A DNA stretch of 64,000 nucleotides from Anthoceros angustus (lineage: Eukaryota > Plantae > Anthocerotophyta). Below, piece after piece: positions 11,112 to 23,722 of the stretch (within the stretch, counting starts at the first letter, position 1; every line of letters starts with the position of its first letter). A model generated the notes under the pieces. That model had not been told where the DNA came from, searched no databases, and worked only from the letters and a program-made list of their open reading frames with translations. The stretch covers positions 620,001-684,000 of the forward strand of contig MU008174.1 of assembly GCA_010909165.1 (NCBI GenBank), in the 5' to 3' direction. Made by a program: the position numbers and the translations under genes.

Positions 11112-14100
11112 CTAACCTGTAATTTCGCTGGGGGCATGGAACGTCCTGCCCCGACAAATTTCTTCTAAGCCTTCCCCAGCATAGGAGAGAAGCGGGGACA
11201 CCTCCAGTCCTGCACGAATTTATACATTTAATCAATAGCCAGGTCATGCAGAAAAGCCTTTCAGTGAAGCGAAAAGAAATCCAAAAAGCGTACCAGTTGC
11301 AGAGATTGGTACGGTGTGGGCCACGAGACCACCAGTAGCGACGACCCAGCGCATATGCAACCTCAGAAGAAGAAGCCTAGCACTTTCAGGAGTGTCTGTT
11401 GGTGAACCTGACGCATTCTTTACAGGCGCAAATTCCTCATCCCTCAATACCTGCAGACGGTGACAAAGCCATCACTTTTAACATGGGCAACCTTTCACGA
11501 GACACGACCCAAGGATCGATCCTCGCAGAATGAAGAGATGAACTGATATTCATCAGTGGCATAGAAAGGGAGAACCTCAAAAAGGCCGACTGAAGATGAA
11601 TAAGGGAACACATCAAATATGAACTGCTCCAACTTGATGCCATCTACTATGCCATCAACAGAAGCGATCTTCTTTTGAGCACAGTGATATCTGGATGTCC
11701 AAACAAAAGCAAAATCGACGAACAGCATCAGACAGACCTCAGGAACTGCAAAAAGCTTTAAGTGCATCGAAAGCTGGACTACATGCTACATACAACATAA
11801 GAACAAACTGCGAAGAGATTACCGACATGCTGTCCCTTTCGAGCTCTTCAATGACTGAGCTGAGGAAGTCAACTGAGAACATATGCAAGCAGATCTACAG
11901 GTACCAATAAAGGTTATCAAGGACTAGAGTCAAAATCATCCAAATCGTGATGCAAGATGATTGCTAGCCAAGAGTTATCGCATACATTTGCCCACTTGTA
12001 CAACAAACGTCCAGTGTCCTGATTTATCGCATGCTGAGCTTTGCTGTCAAGCTCACTGTATTCCAGTACAGCTACAGGGCCTCCCTTACCACGCTGAACA
12101 AATACTCCCACTTTTTCTTGAGGATATGCCTGCATATTTGGAAGCATGAGAAGACACACAGGCATACTATGCACTTCTCAGAGTAATCAAGAGAACTCCC
12201 GATAGGGACCATCACTGGATTACTGGCTCTACCTTCTGGATCACTTTTGCCGCACACGAGACGCCCTTGTCAATAAAATAACCCAAAAATAAAGGGTCTG
12301 CCACTCGAACCTAATACAAAAGCATGGACAGTTGGCATCACTATGTGCAAGTAAGATGCGGAATCACAATCAACCGTACTTTGAGACTTGGAACAACAAA
12401 CAGCTGCGAAGTCTTGTCAAACAGTTACCAGTGCATTGTCAACGCTATAGCAGTCCACATACTTCACACCCCTGTTGATCATAGCTTGTAAACCCTTTGA
12501 ATGCTTGAGTGCTGCAGAGGCAATTTCAATCAAAACTACTGGTCAGATATGATAAAGCAACCAAGCTGCTAGCTTGACCACAAGGGAAAAGCTATGTCTG
12601 AGAAGCCCTGCTGAGTTCTGACTCACGGCAATAACAGACTCGTGGGTCCAAAAGAAAAATAAAGAAACAAAGAAACATTCTACCTGAATAAACACCTCCG
12701 TTCCCATCAGGAGCCCTGGCCACCTGCCACCCGACAAAAGCAGTTAGAGACAGGTACCCGGAACCTGGGTTTCAAATGATTATCATGGCACCTAGACAAG
12801 CTTCAAAAATCCTAAACCTAGCTGCTCACTGTGGAATTAAGCAACATGCACACAAAGTACCTTGAAGGGACTTTCCATAATTACTCTACCCTCCTTGGAC
12901 AGGCATGGTAGAGTGGCTTGCTGGAAAAAGAAAACCTGCCAAGCCCAGAAAGAAAACTCAGCTATCTCGTCAGTTAATGGCAAGTACCCACACACATCGT
13001 GTCAAAACTTCAAATCTGACATGCCTGTTCTGGTTGCAGCCCAAAGTACTTGTGCGTATCAAAGAACTTTTTTGTTGCGGCATCTGTGAATGGGCTCGTA
13101 AGAATGAACCATGGGATTTGAGGACGTTTCTCTGCAAACAGGATTGATATGTTTAAATATGGACAACCTTGGAAGATAAAGTTTAAGTCACCGAAAGCCA
13201 GAATGAATGATCAATGTGACCAGAATGAATGATCAATGTGAATCGACAGCATTCCACCCTTTACCACTTGGAAACAACTGTGATGCAAGCATCTGTACAC
13301 GAAGAATGCGTTCTGCCTGCAGTCGAAATAATGATTTTCCTGAGGGAAGCCCAATGCCTGCTCAGACATGATCACGTCAGCAGTTAACATTGGTAAGGTG
13401 TGCATACTTCAAGAAGCATGTTCCAACGTATCGGCAAAAGCAAGAACTTCTTGCAACCAGCATACCGAAACAGCCTTTAGGGTCCGAGCTTCCCAATCGT
13501 GTGCCCTGTGGAACATCGGCATCAAGGGATATGAGAACAGGCTTCAAGCAAACGGTCAGCAAACATTGAAGTGACTGTATTTCTCATATACCTGGCCACC
13601 AGACAGAAGCAAAACTGCCAACTTTCCTTCTGCAATGGCTCTCAACCCAATCTTCCACCACCTTTCAATCTCCTCGGGCGTACGGTCTTCCATGGTGGCC
13701 ACACCGGTCACAGCCGTTGGCTCGCCATACATGAGATCTGCAGAAACGTTCGTACTCAGCGGGACCGCACGGGACGTTGATGTGAAATCCCTGACCCAAA
13801 TGGGAGCCCAGAGCCCATCTTACCATAAGACACCAAAGACTGCTTCAATATACGATCCACTCGAGGCAGATCAAGCGCCTGCACCCAATACGCTGAATTA
13901 AAGTCCCATCCACACAGCGTGCACCAAAACTACTCGTAACAGAAACACCATTCCAGCTGCAATTAGCTCTCTCATAACCGCAGCTCGCATCGCAACAAGC
14001 AACGCTAGCGCGAAACACAAGCAAACGAAACGCTCAATTTCCGACGCCCCCGACCGCCACCCGACCCAGCCCCGGACCAACCGCTACTCCGATCAATTCA

Positions 14101-14381
14101 GGACGCCGCGGCCATGACACAGCTGAAGCCACAAATTTCCCTCGGCCGTCCATCGGCCATTAAACAGCTGGGACCAATGGAGCAAGCAGCGCGCCTGCCA
14201 CGCACAACTTCAACGACAGCGGTTTCGAGAGAATGGCAGCCACCTCGAGATCTCGGACGAGCAAATCCCGCTCCTCGTAGCTAAGTTCTTGCCAGTGCGC
14301 AAGCGTCTGTTCCTGGCCGAAATCCTTGAGCCGCTCCAGCAGCGCCTGAGGCGGAGCAGTCTCCTCTGCCGCTTCCCCCAT
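11112..14381 (-). CDS. UAP1: UDP-N-acetylglucosamine diphosphorylase (GlcNAc1pUT/UAP), multi-exon
   Basis: Exon peptides QALLERLKDFGQEQ..WQELS.EERDLLVRDLE, AYPQEKVGVFVQRGKGGP..LEYSELD..GRLLY.WANVC, RDEEFAPVKNASG..DTPESARLLLLRLH, and last exon GLEVSPLLSYAGEGLEEICRGRTFHAPSEITG*. Confidence 0.92.
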
Positions 14382-14689
14382 CCTGACCGTCCGGTGGCAA
14401 CAGCACCGCGCGTTTCAACCCATGCAAGTCCCTACACCGCCAGCACGCGCGCAACCACGGCCTCCTCCACACCTCAGTCTGCCACACCTGCAGCCACAGG
14501 CGATCACAGAGCCACTCAGCTAACAACAACACGCACCAGGCTCCATCACTGCCTGCATCCGCAACCTTCCGCAACTCCGTTCTCACAAGGAAAACTCCAC
14601 ACTCGCAACATCCTGCACACCTCTCGGCCTCAAACAACAAAAAACACACAACACGCTCCAACCTTCCCTTCTCGCTTCTCCCTTCCCCT

Positions 14690-14780
14690 TCCCCTGCCTC
14701 TTTCCCTTCCTCCTCCACTCCCACTCCCACTCCTCCTCCTCCTCCTCCTCCTCCTCCTTCCTTCCTTCCTTCCTTCCTAC
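14690..14780. repeat. Pyrimidine-rich microsatellite (CTC)n/(CTTC)n
   Basis: Direct reading of the sequence upstream of the UAP start. Confidence 0.85.
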
Positions 14781-15061
14781 CTACCTCACTCTGCGCCTAC
14801 TGCACCGCTCAACACACACCGCACCGCAATCCGGACAGACAAAACCGAGGCAAAATTGCGCGCATTGCAGGCGCAGCAATGAGGCACGCTGGGGCGATGC
14901 TCGGGAGCAGGCGGATCCGATGCGGTGCAGAACGGGAGGATCGAGCTGGCGAAGAAGGGAATCGAAGCAGGCAGGCGGGCAGGCAGGCAGGCGCAAACAA
15001 GAAGAGCAGAAGAGGGTGGCACTGACAGGAAGGCGTGATGGGAACGGGAAGAAGCGCACGC

Positions 15062-15071
15062 AGCTGCTGCA

Positions 15072-15107
<36 letters not shown>

Positions 15108-15125
15108 TCTGCTCCTGCCTCCAGC
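15062..15125. repeat. (GCTCCT)n hexamer microsatellite
   Basis: About 7 tandem gctcct units. Confidence 0.85.
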
Positions 15126-17722
15126 TCTCCTCTCCCTTCTCGGCTACTCGACAGTCTGTGTCCGCCTTGCCCAGAGCTCAGCCTCCCAAGAAAAATCACT
15201 CCACCCTGTACATCACCTGCTTATACATTCTCTCTCCTGGTAAACAAAGATGGTCACCATCTAACACACCTTCCCAAGATTAAACATTGTACAAACCATC
15301 ACAAAACCAATTACCATCATAACCGATCATTATAATTCCCGGAAATATTCGATCACAGGATGGATCAACGTTGCAATGGATCACCGCAACTCCTGGAAAT
15401 ATTCGTTTCTTCAGAACCTTCTCGAACAAATGCGGCTCTGTTCAGAGCATATGCTACCACGTGAACGTGGGATTATTCAAAGCATTGAAACTGAACATTA
15501 ACGTACATTTATTCAAAGCATCTAGACAATCTTACGTGTGTATGACGCATCTTGTACAAATACATCCGTATATGTTTGATGTTCGGTATCATACATCTTC
15601 CTTTCTACACTTTTTGGACACAGCACAACACTTGAGCCCGTACTCTACAACGACGGGGGTTACTCAGTACTCACTACACATAAGAAATTAGACCTCTCTT
15701 ATATTAGAGATAAAGATCAGATCAGTACTTGCAATTCCACAAACTTCTCCACTCACTAACATCCTTCCACATATTTGTGGGAGAGTTTACCTCTCATCTT
15801 ACTTCAATGACACATGTGTAATCAGTTTTAGATTATATAGTACTTGTTCCAAATGAGTTTGAGATCACCTCATACTTATACTAAATAAATCTAGGACTGC
15901 AACCAAGTGAAATTTTTATTTTTATTTGAGTGTACAAAATATTTACAACAAAATTTCATGACTTATATTATATATTAGAGAAAAAAAGAACATCTTATAA
16001 AAATACTTGAATCCTACCAAAATTGGTATCAATCAAATTCCATGTGGTTGTGAAATTGATTTCATTGGTTATATACAATTTTATGATATATTATTAAAAG
16101 TCAAGGTATAGGCATATGTCTGGTCCTGATGTCAGACAAACATAAAGGAGGTGATGTTTGATAGGCGTGAATCTGCTAGCATTTATATATGCTATTTCTT
16201 ACTATTGGTAATTTGATATTGGTACAGAATATATAGATACAACATGCGTAGGCATATGCCAGGGTCCACCACTGGGGTCAAGGGGAGGGCGGGGTGAAGT
16301 AAAACGGTGCAAGGAAAACGTGACAGTGTAAGACGCAGTGCCACCTGCCACTGTCCAGGAGCTTCATAATGCGCCACGTGGCGCAGTTCCCTTCGCAGTC
16401 GAAACTCGGGCGCGCAGAATATATGTACAAAGACATGGCGGATTGGGCCAACTCAAAATGACGCGAGTGAAACAGAGCACGCCTCTACAGTGCCACCATG
16501 TGGAAGTCCACCCTCTCGGCTGGCGGAAAGGTGCGAAATCGGGGCCCAGACAGGGCCGGACCAGACCACTCCAGCCCGGCCCGACCGCGCACCAAAATCT
16601 CGGTGATGGCTCTGGCCGGCAGCGGCACGAGGGCAGCACTTGCACGACGCATGCTAGGCTGGGCTGGGCCTGGGCTGTGCTAGCCTACCACTTGAAGCGA
16701 GGAGGGTGGTTGGAGAGCAGTTCGTGGATTTGACACTCCTGGCTGTCTTGGTGCCCTCTTTGCTGGCATCATGTTGTGCTGATGATTATCAGTCAGCCAT
16801 CGCGGTCCAGAGCGACGGGAGATGCAACGGAGAACAGACATTGGTGGTAGACGTTTTTTAAGGACCCGGTGCCGGCGACGTCCGTTTCTGCGCAATATGG
16901 GTTATATATTTCGGACGAGGAAGTTCCTAGAGTCAGCACACGCTAGCACTCGCAGCCCCCGGGCCCAGCGTTTTTGAGACGGCTCCAGCGCGGTGAGACG
17001 AGACAGGAGACGGGCATGTCGATGGCAGCAAGACAAGAAGGCAGTTACGCAACGAAGGGAGGGAGACGGCGTGCTGGTTGTCGCTTGCAGGAGGGGAAGC
17101 TTTCTTTACGGAGTTGACCTAATGGAATGCTTTTCTTTTGATGGAATGTTTTCTTTAATGGAGGCCGTGACAGGAACCAGGATGGCGGGCTGGGTTTGCT
17201 GCCTCGGCTATGGGGAGACTTGGAAACTGGAGGGCACTACAAGGGTACATTTGTTTGTGGGACATAATGGTGGGGAGAGAACGTTGTTCATCAGGATGCT
17301 CTCTTGCATCAACCGGCCATCCGAAGGGGAAAGTGGCAACCAGCGGGAGCCAGAGCAGCAGGAGCAGAAGTTGGGAGTGGCGACAAGGAGAAGAGAGCCT
17401 GCCTGGGTGTATGCCTGCCTACTGCAATCATTGGATACCAGGTAACAAGCAGGTGCCTGAGTCGTGACGCTTCCTACCATGTGCAGGTTGAATGTGCGTA
17501 CGTGCAACCGTTATCCAGTCGCACAGTCCCTTCTCACGTTCCGGGTTCATTGCCATTCCGGCTTCTGCACGAGTCCGTGGGCCGTTTAATGAGAGGCTAC
17601 GAATCTCATACATAACTTGTCTTCAAGCAAGATACATATGCAATGCTGTGCATATGTACATGCGAACCTCCATGCTATGACATACATACCTGTGTATGGT
17701 CGTGGAGCAGCCCTCTGGGGAG

Positions 17723-20700
17723 TCACAGATCCGATTCACTGGTGATCAGACGGAGGAACTCTGAGCACAGAAGATCGGTGCCCAGTTGGAGGGTGCTGAG
17801 GGATGGGGTCCTGGGCTCACATGCTCCGATGTCGAGCTTTCTCTTCGAGCCAGGTTGAGGGTGGGAAGATTCGGGTGTGCCCATCCTCTTCAGCTCCTGG
17901 AGGAACTGGGCTGCAAACTTGGAAACTTGGGTTGACATGTTCGGGGAGCATTGCCTCGGGAGAAACTTGAACTGTGGTCTGCAGCACACACACAAGGAGG
18001 AAGATGAGATTGCAGGAATGGTTATCAGGACAACATTATTGAAGTTGCACTTGATACTGGCAATGGATTTATGACAGGGAGAGGATTTCGTACAGCAAAT
18101 GCATCCGTAGACACCGCTCCATGAGAACAAGTTGCCTGGAGTCTTCGGCTCGAAGACTGAGAACCGCTTCTGTGTTGAAGCATACGACAGTTATCTCAGC
18201 CCATGGTAGGCCTGGTGGGGCGAGGAATTTATGCACCTGCGCAGCATGGGCATTGTTTGGTAAGTCGACTTTGATGTTCAGTTTGTCTCGGCATTGCACC
18301 CAGACCGTAAGACAATGTACCCTGTTATCAAGATGCTCGGAGTCATGTCTGTCTTCCATTCCCAGAGCCAACTTGACCTTAGATGGTAGACCTGACAGCT
18401 GTTCCTCAGTGGCGGTGGAGACCACTAGCTGGTCCTCTCTGGCCACTGTTAGACAAAAGAAGAGATGAATAATCAGTAGGCACAAGTATGGTATGATGTA
18501 CCCAGGATTTATCTACGGAGAGGAAAACCCGTATCAACCATATCAGAACCCCAAGATCAATACCTGTCTCACAGTCGATGCTCCTCTGTGCCTGATAGGC
18601 ATCGCTCAACTGGTAGATTGCAAGCTCAATCCTCGATAACCATTGTGTGAAGGTGTGATTCTTTGGTAGATTGCCCTGTCCAGCTGCTACCGAGCGTGAA
18701 CAGACCTCATAGGCACTCAGGTACAAACACTCACGGCAGCACCAATTTCTTTACCTTTGACGGATGTATCCTTGTTGCTTGAGGCCGTTGCCGTCACCAA
18801 TAGATTCACATCTGCTGACGGTAAATACGAGAAACCCAAAAGAGGGGCAGCTGCCACCAGTCTCCCAGTATCTCCAGGTAGGAGTGAGCCCAAGACAGAA
18901 GATTGCCCCATAGTTGCACCATGTTGTGTGGTTACGATGAGGCTCAAGTCCCTAAGTATTCTCCCCCTGATCAACGGGTGTGAGGGTGAAAACCATGAAA
19001 ACCACATAGCTTGAACGGAATAAGATGCTCATGTGAAGGAACAAGATGCTCACATGGGGAGCCCGTTTTCCAAGTCAACAATAAGAAACCATGTGTGACC
19101 ATGAACTCTCTGGTAGATTCCGGTGGCTCGGACAAGTTCAACATCAACCTCAACCCCGTCATGGCCATTATCCACATGATACAGATCAGTTCCCATCCTC
19201 TGCATGCTCTGCAGACAAGTGCGTGCGGATCAGCTAGTGTCACACTAGAATAATGGATAACAGCTGCATAATTGCGACAGAATTTGACCTGAACCAATCT
19301 GCAAGAGGAGCCTAGCAGCTCTGTCTTTCTTGACATCTGATACCACAAACCAGAACTAGTAAGCAATCATCCTTCTCTTCTTGAGCTGAAAAGTGAAAAC
19401 ACATACTCAAGGTACAAACCTCTCGCTGAGCATCAGACAACTCCAATATCCCAGCCTCCAGTCTTGAGTTCAAGGAGTTCAAAATAGAATCCGTAACGAA
19501 AGTGGGCATATCTTGGGGAACGACCGTCTCTGCAAACATTGGATTTGAAGAGCAGAACAAGTTAGCATAACAGATATATTGCTGGCTGGGGACCACTAGT
19601 GCCTACTGTCACGCCTGCAACGCAAAGGGAATCATTTTCTTACCTGACTGTGAAAGCAGCACATTTGATCCAAGTTGGACAGAGGTTATGAGATCTGTGA
19701 CTACTATGTAGTTCTGCTCTTCTATGTAGCTTACGGAGTTCCAGTATTCTGATCTCGGAAAGAGTATGATTTGGTCATGTCCCAGCATTCGTACGTCACT
19801 CAGTACCACTCCGGATATGCCTGTCCAAGCTGTCATCCAGAGAGCGTCGATCCTCATCTGTTAGGTCTGGAACCAAAACGTAGGACCCCAGACACATACG
19901 ACAATTGTATGAAGGCACACTGACGAAATGAAACCCAAAAAACACTAACACTGTAGCTTCTCAAGTGTCTCCGCACATATTGCTGACACAGTCGATGCTG
20001 AATCCTTGAACTCTACAAGTAATATCCCTTGCCCACCTCCCACAACTGCAAAACGCCTACAGTCCTCAGAATGTCATGGATCACAGACAGAAAACCGAAT
20101 TGATGCAGCAGAGGAATTGACAAGGATTGAAGAGGAGACTCACACACTCAATGGAACCTCCTCCAACTCCAGTGTGACCAACACTTTGCCATTACTGTAT
20201 CTGATGAGAGTCTTATCCAGAGTCCCAAGAACAACATCAACCTCACAACCAGCCGTAAGCCCACAACTATAGCCCTTTGGAGATGGCACAGCAACGATAC
20301 AGGATATTGACGAGGGCTTGAGGCCGGCTGGACTCAGAGCATCACAGCTTCCTGTTACTAGATCAAGGGCAGCAGTCTTCCAGCCAGCAAGGATAATAGG
20401 ATCAGCACAAGAACTGGCCATGACAGCTGAGTCCCCCAGACAATCAAGACGTAGGCTAAACCATGAGGAGTCTTCTGCATCACTCTGTTCAGCTACACGA
20501 GAGCCCTTCACACTACCATATGGACCTAAGACACATACAGCTTCCATTCCAACATCACGCCCCAAATCACCACAGAACAGGAGCTTAAGGTCTATCCTAT
20601 CCTTTGCATGAGGTAGCAGCACTTGCGCCTTCCAGAGGAAACCAGCCACGCCATGAATGCTCGGTGCAGGCCTACTGTGGCTAGCTTCTCCACATGCCAT

Positions 20701-21411
20701 ACTGTGAGCAGAGGCAACCAGAATCCTTCCATGACACATTGCCACAACAGTGGGTCCATCCACAATCCAGCAGTCTGCATACAACAAGAATACCCAACAC
20801 TTTACACAAACCTGCCCCTCAGCATACACGACCCTGCAAAAGCTCAACATTTCACGACCCAGCAGTAACCTTCGATGATCTTCTCCGGGTTTGCCACAAA
20901 CTTCTTCTTCTCACGGGGAAAGCAACCATGCAACGATATTTCGGCCACCACATCAAACTGCTCCTGTTCGACATCAACCAGCCCCACCACAACTGACAAG
21001 CCTCGTTGCAGTGCAACATATGGCTGCAATCTGCACAGCTTGTCCGTCAGAACAAGAATAAAAATACGAAAAGAACGTCGTTCCCACCCAAAGCTGACAT
21101 GGAGCAGAATCATACAATCCAGTCTCGTGGTTAGCCACCAAGCCCGCAGCCAGGAGTCCATCTTCCTCTGCAAGTGCACAAAGCATGGTCACGAATCACC
21201 ATGGGTCTCCAGAAGGAGCAACTATTCAAACGCATAGATGCAGCTTACGTTGCAGTCCTGGAAGAGGAAAAAGCCGCCAGGGCAGAAGGCAGTCCCCAGT
21301 GTGGTCCCAGCAGCTATACCGGAGCTCCACAGGGGGGCCCGGGAGTGCCACAGCCACAACACCCGGTCCGCAGGAAAACGTTACTGCATCTTTCCTACGT
21401 TTCTTCGCCAT
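17723..21411 (-). CDS. Fanconi anaemia group B (FANCB)-like protein, multi-exon
   Basis: Spliceable exons: MAKKRRKD...PGLQ|QEDGLL...; beta-propeller-like region; WTGISGVVLSDVRMLGHDQIILF (resembles the FANCB DDF.G.G.EQ.LLLF motif); coiled coil DSILNSLNSRLEAGILELSDAQR; C-terminus LQLGTDLLCSEFL. Family assignment is from recalled motifs only. Confidence 0.5.
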
Positions 21412-21527
21412 TGCCTTGAAACAACTCAGATACGCACATAGTCTAAGTCGTCAGTTCAAGTTTATTGGGCTGTTCCCTGCCTGAGATAATCGGGCCCAAC
21501 AGACGCAGAACGGGCATAGGTACAAAT

Positions 21528-22904
21528 GGCTTAGGCCAAATGGACACATTTATAAGAACGCCGTTCGTAAGCATCCTGCGCTTAGATCGGTACTTATATG
21601 GGGTCCTTAGAAGGGAGTGGATGCCCTTGGTGCAAGTAGCTTGGTCACACCATAGTACAAGCTGTCAAAGTATCCAGTCCATGACAGGAAAATTCTATCA
21701 AAGTGGATTATAATATATTTTTCTTCTTCTACACCATTATGCCTTAGGTCGGTACTTAAATGGGGTGCCTAGAGGGAGTGGATGCCCTTGGTGCAATAGC
21801 TTAGGCACACCACGGTACAAGTTGTTAAGTATTAAGTCGCATGATGGAAAATTTCGTCCAAGTGGATTATAATAGATTGTTTTTCTTCGTCTCCTTATAA
21901 TCTTGTGATTATAACAACCTTGTGATTATAACAACATATGCCGGTCCTGATGCTTCAATCTAGCCATCCACTACTTACTAAGTACAGCGATCCTCCACAA
22001 GGCGGCAACAAGTACGGCGATCCTCCACAAGGCGGCGACAGTAGGTGACGGCATCTTCCTCTACCTCCGTGGTTTGCAGGCCGTTTATTCCTCCTGCATA
22101 TGACATTGTGGGTGCAGTAGGTGACTTTAGGTAGGGAGCTTAGTTGCTCCTCTCCACCTCGACCCCCGGTCCCCTTTGGTTGTCCCCTCCTAGATGGGCT
22201 TTTCCCATCGTTTTTTCACCTCAATAAAAACCTCGTGCTCACTAGGTACTAGACTAGGCATTTATGTGTAACGCGCAGGGGTGGGAGGGCGATAACATAT
22301 TTTGGCATAAATGCACTCTCCAATGTTCGGTACGTGGGTATATTTTTGCACACGAGGATGCTAATTTATTGGTAGGTATATCCTTCCCACACGTAGAGTG
22401 CACTGTTTAATATTCACTAAAGATTGAATGGAATTTTAATGAGGAAGGGGAATAGGAGATGGGAGAGTTTATTTGTCGAATTAGAATGAAACTTTATTGA
22501 GGGAGGAGAGATGGGCTGGGGCTCTTAGAGGGATGGGTAGAGCCCATCTACTAGAGGACACATGGGCAAATATGTATCAGTATTTGGTTTCCTCTTCCAT
22601 TTGTAACTTTTATGTAGATATGGAAAAAATTATATAAATTATACAGTTTTTTATCACTCTAGTACAAACCATAAGTTTAAGAGAAGGCGCGTGATGACAA
22701 GAAGAAGAAGAAGAATTTTATTTAAGTCCACTAAGGACGGATTTCCGTCATGGGATTTGGTACTTAACAACTTGTACATGGTATGCCTAAGCTAGTTGCA
22801 CCAAGGGCATCCATTCCCTTTACGCACCCCATCTAAGTACCGATCCAAGCGCAGGATGCTTAATAACCACGTGCTTATAAATGTGTGTCCATTTGGCCTA
22901 AGCC
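21528..22904. mobile_element. Non-autonomous element with ~170-bp terminal inverted repeats (MITE/foldback-like)
   Basis: ggcttaggccaaatggacac...gatgcccttggtgcaa...catgac at 21528 is the reverse complement of 22735-22904. An extra direct copy of the arm lies at ~21745-21885. No ORF and no clear TSD. Confidence 0.65.
22045..22240 (+). repeat. Dispersed repeat ending in ctcaataaaa; inverted copies at ~41405-41595 and ~58165-58270
   Basis: Shared core ttttattgag..aaaa.cgatgg.aa...ggtc.aggtg.a..gagca.ctaa....c.tacctaaagt.acc when read on the opposite strand. Confidence 0.7.
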
Positions 22905-22915
22905 ACATACGAAGA

Positions 22916-23099
22916 CATACGTTATGAACAACGATGAAAATGGTCCCACTAACCCAGATTGAAGTATTAACCCATATGAAAGTGGTCCATAGAAGTTATC
23001 TCTAGAGCATACGTTATGAACAACGATGAAAATGGTCCCACTAACCTAGATTGAAGTATTAACCCATATGAAAGTGGTCCATGGAAGTTATCTCTAGAA
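22916..23099. repeat. 92-bp tandem duplication (2 copies)
   Basis: catacgttatgaacaacgatgaaaatggtccc... at 22916 and 23008. Confidence 0.9.
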
Positions 23100-23722
23100 C
23101 GTTTAGTAAGAGCCTATTACATACAGTGGGATAACATTCCAAGGAGACCCACACAAGAAAATCGATGAGCTACACCTTGTAATTCTTCCAGACTTCTTCT
23201 TCCGAGCTCGTTCCATTTTATGTACACCATGACATGTGGTTCCGATAATTTTTAATGCACCTTAAAAACCACGCTTATCTACGCATATGGATGAATACCA
23301 ATGCAGGAGTTCTAAATACCAATATAATAATTAGATTAAAATATAATAATATTTATTTGTTATTTTAAATTTATAAAATAGAGAAAGCAAATACGGATGC
23401 TTGGCCCCAGCATATGTATGTTGCTTTAGAGGGGGCCTCTAGAGATTGTTCCCATCGCCCGGGGTAGATGGGACTTCCCAATCTCAGCATATTCATAAAG
23501 TCTCCACGTTTATTATTATTTCATTGGGATGTACAATTATATGTATGTACATTCCTTTTGGAAGTCGACGCCATGCAAAGACCGGAGTTGCATGCGGAAG
23601 ATGAACGTAGTGGTGGACCTTGGGAGGGACTATCTCCTTGTCGCCACTGATCAGGAAGGAGTGAACGTGTCACAAACGGGAAATCGTGAATCAAGGCGGC
23701 TGGGAATGAATTCGAAGACGTC

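Noticed and set aside
14281-15283. ORFs of 80-200 aa with poly-Leu or Gly-Ala runs
   Set aside because: Explained by microsatellites upstream of UAP.
16900-17445. Possible + strand gene (TATA at ~16903, donor at 16992, ORF 16993..17445)
   Set aside because: The ORF begins with GTG at a putative splice donor and has no recognisable domain; support is too weak without RNA data.
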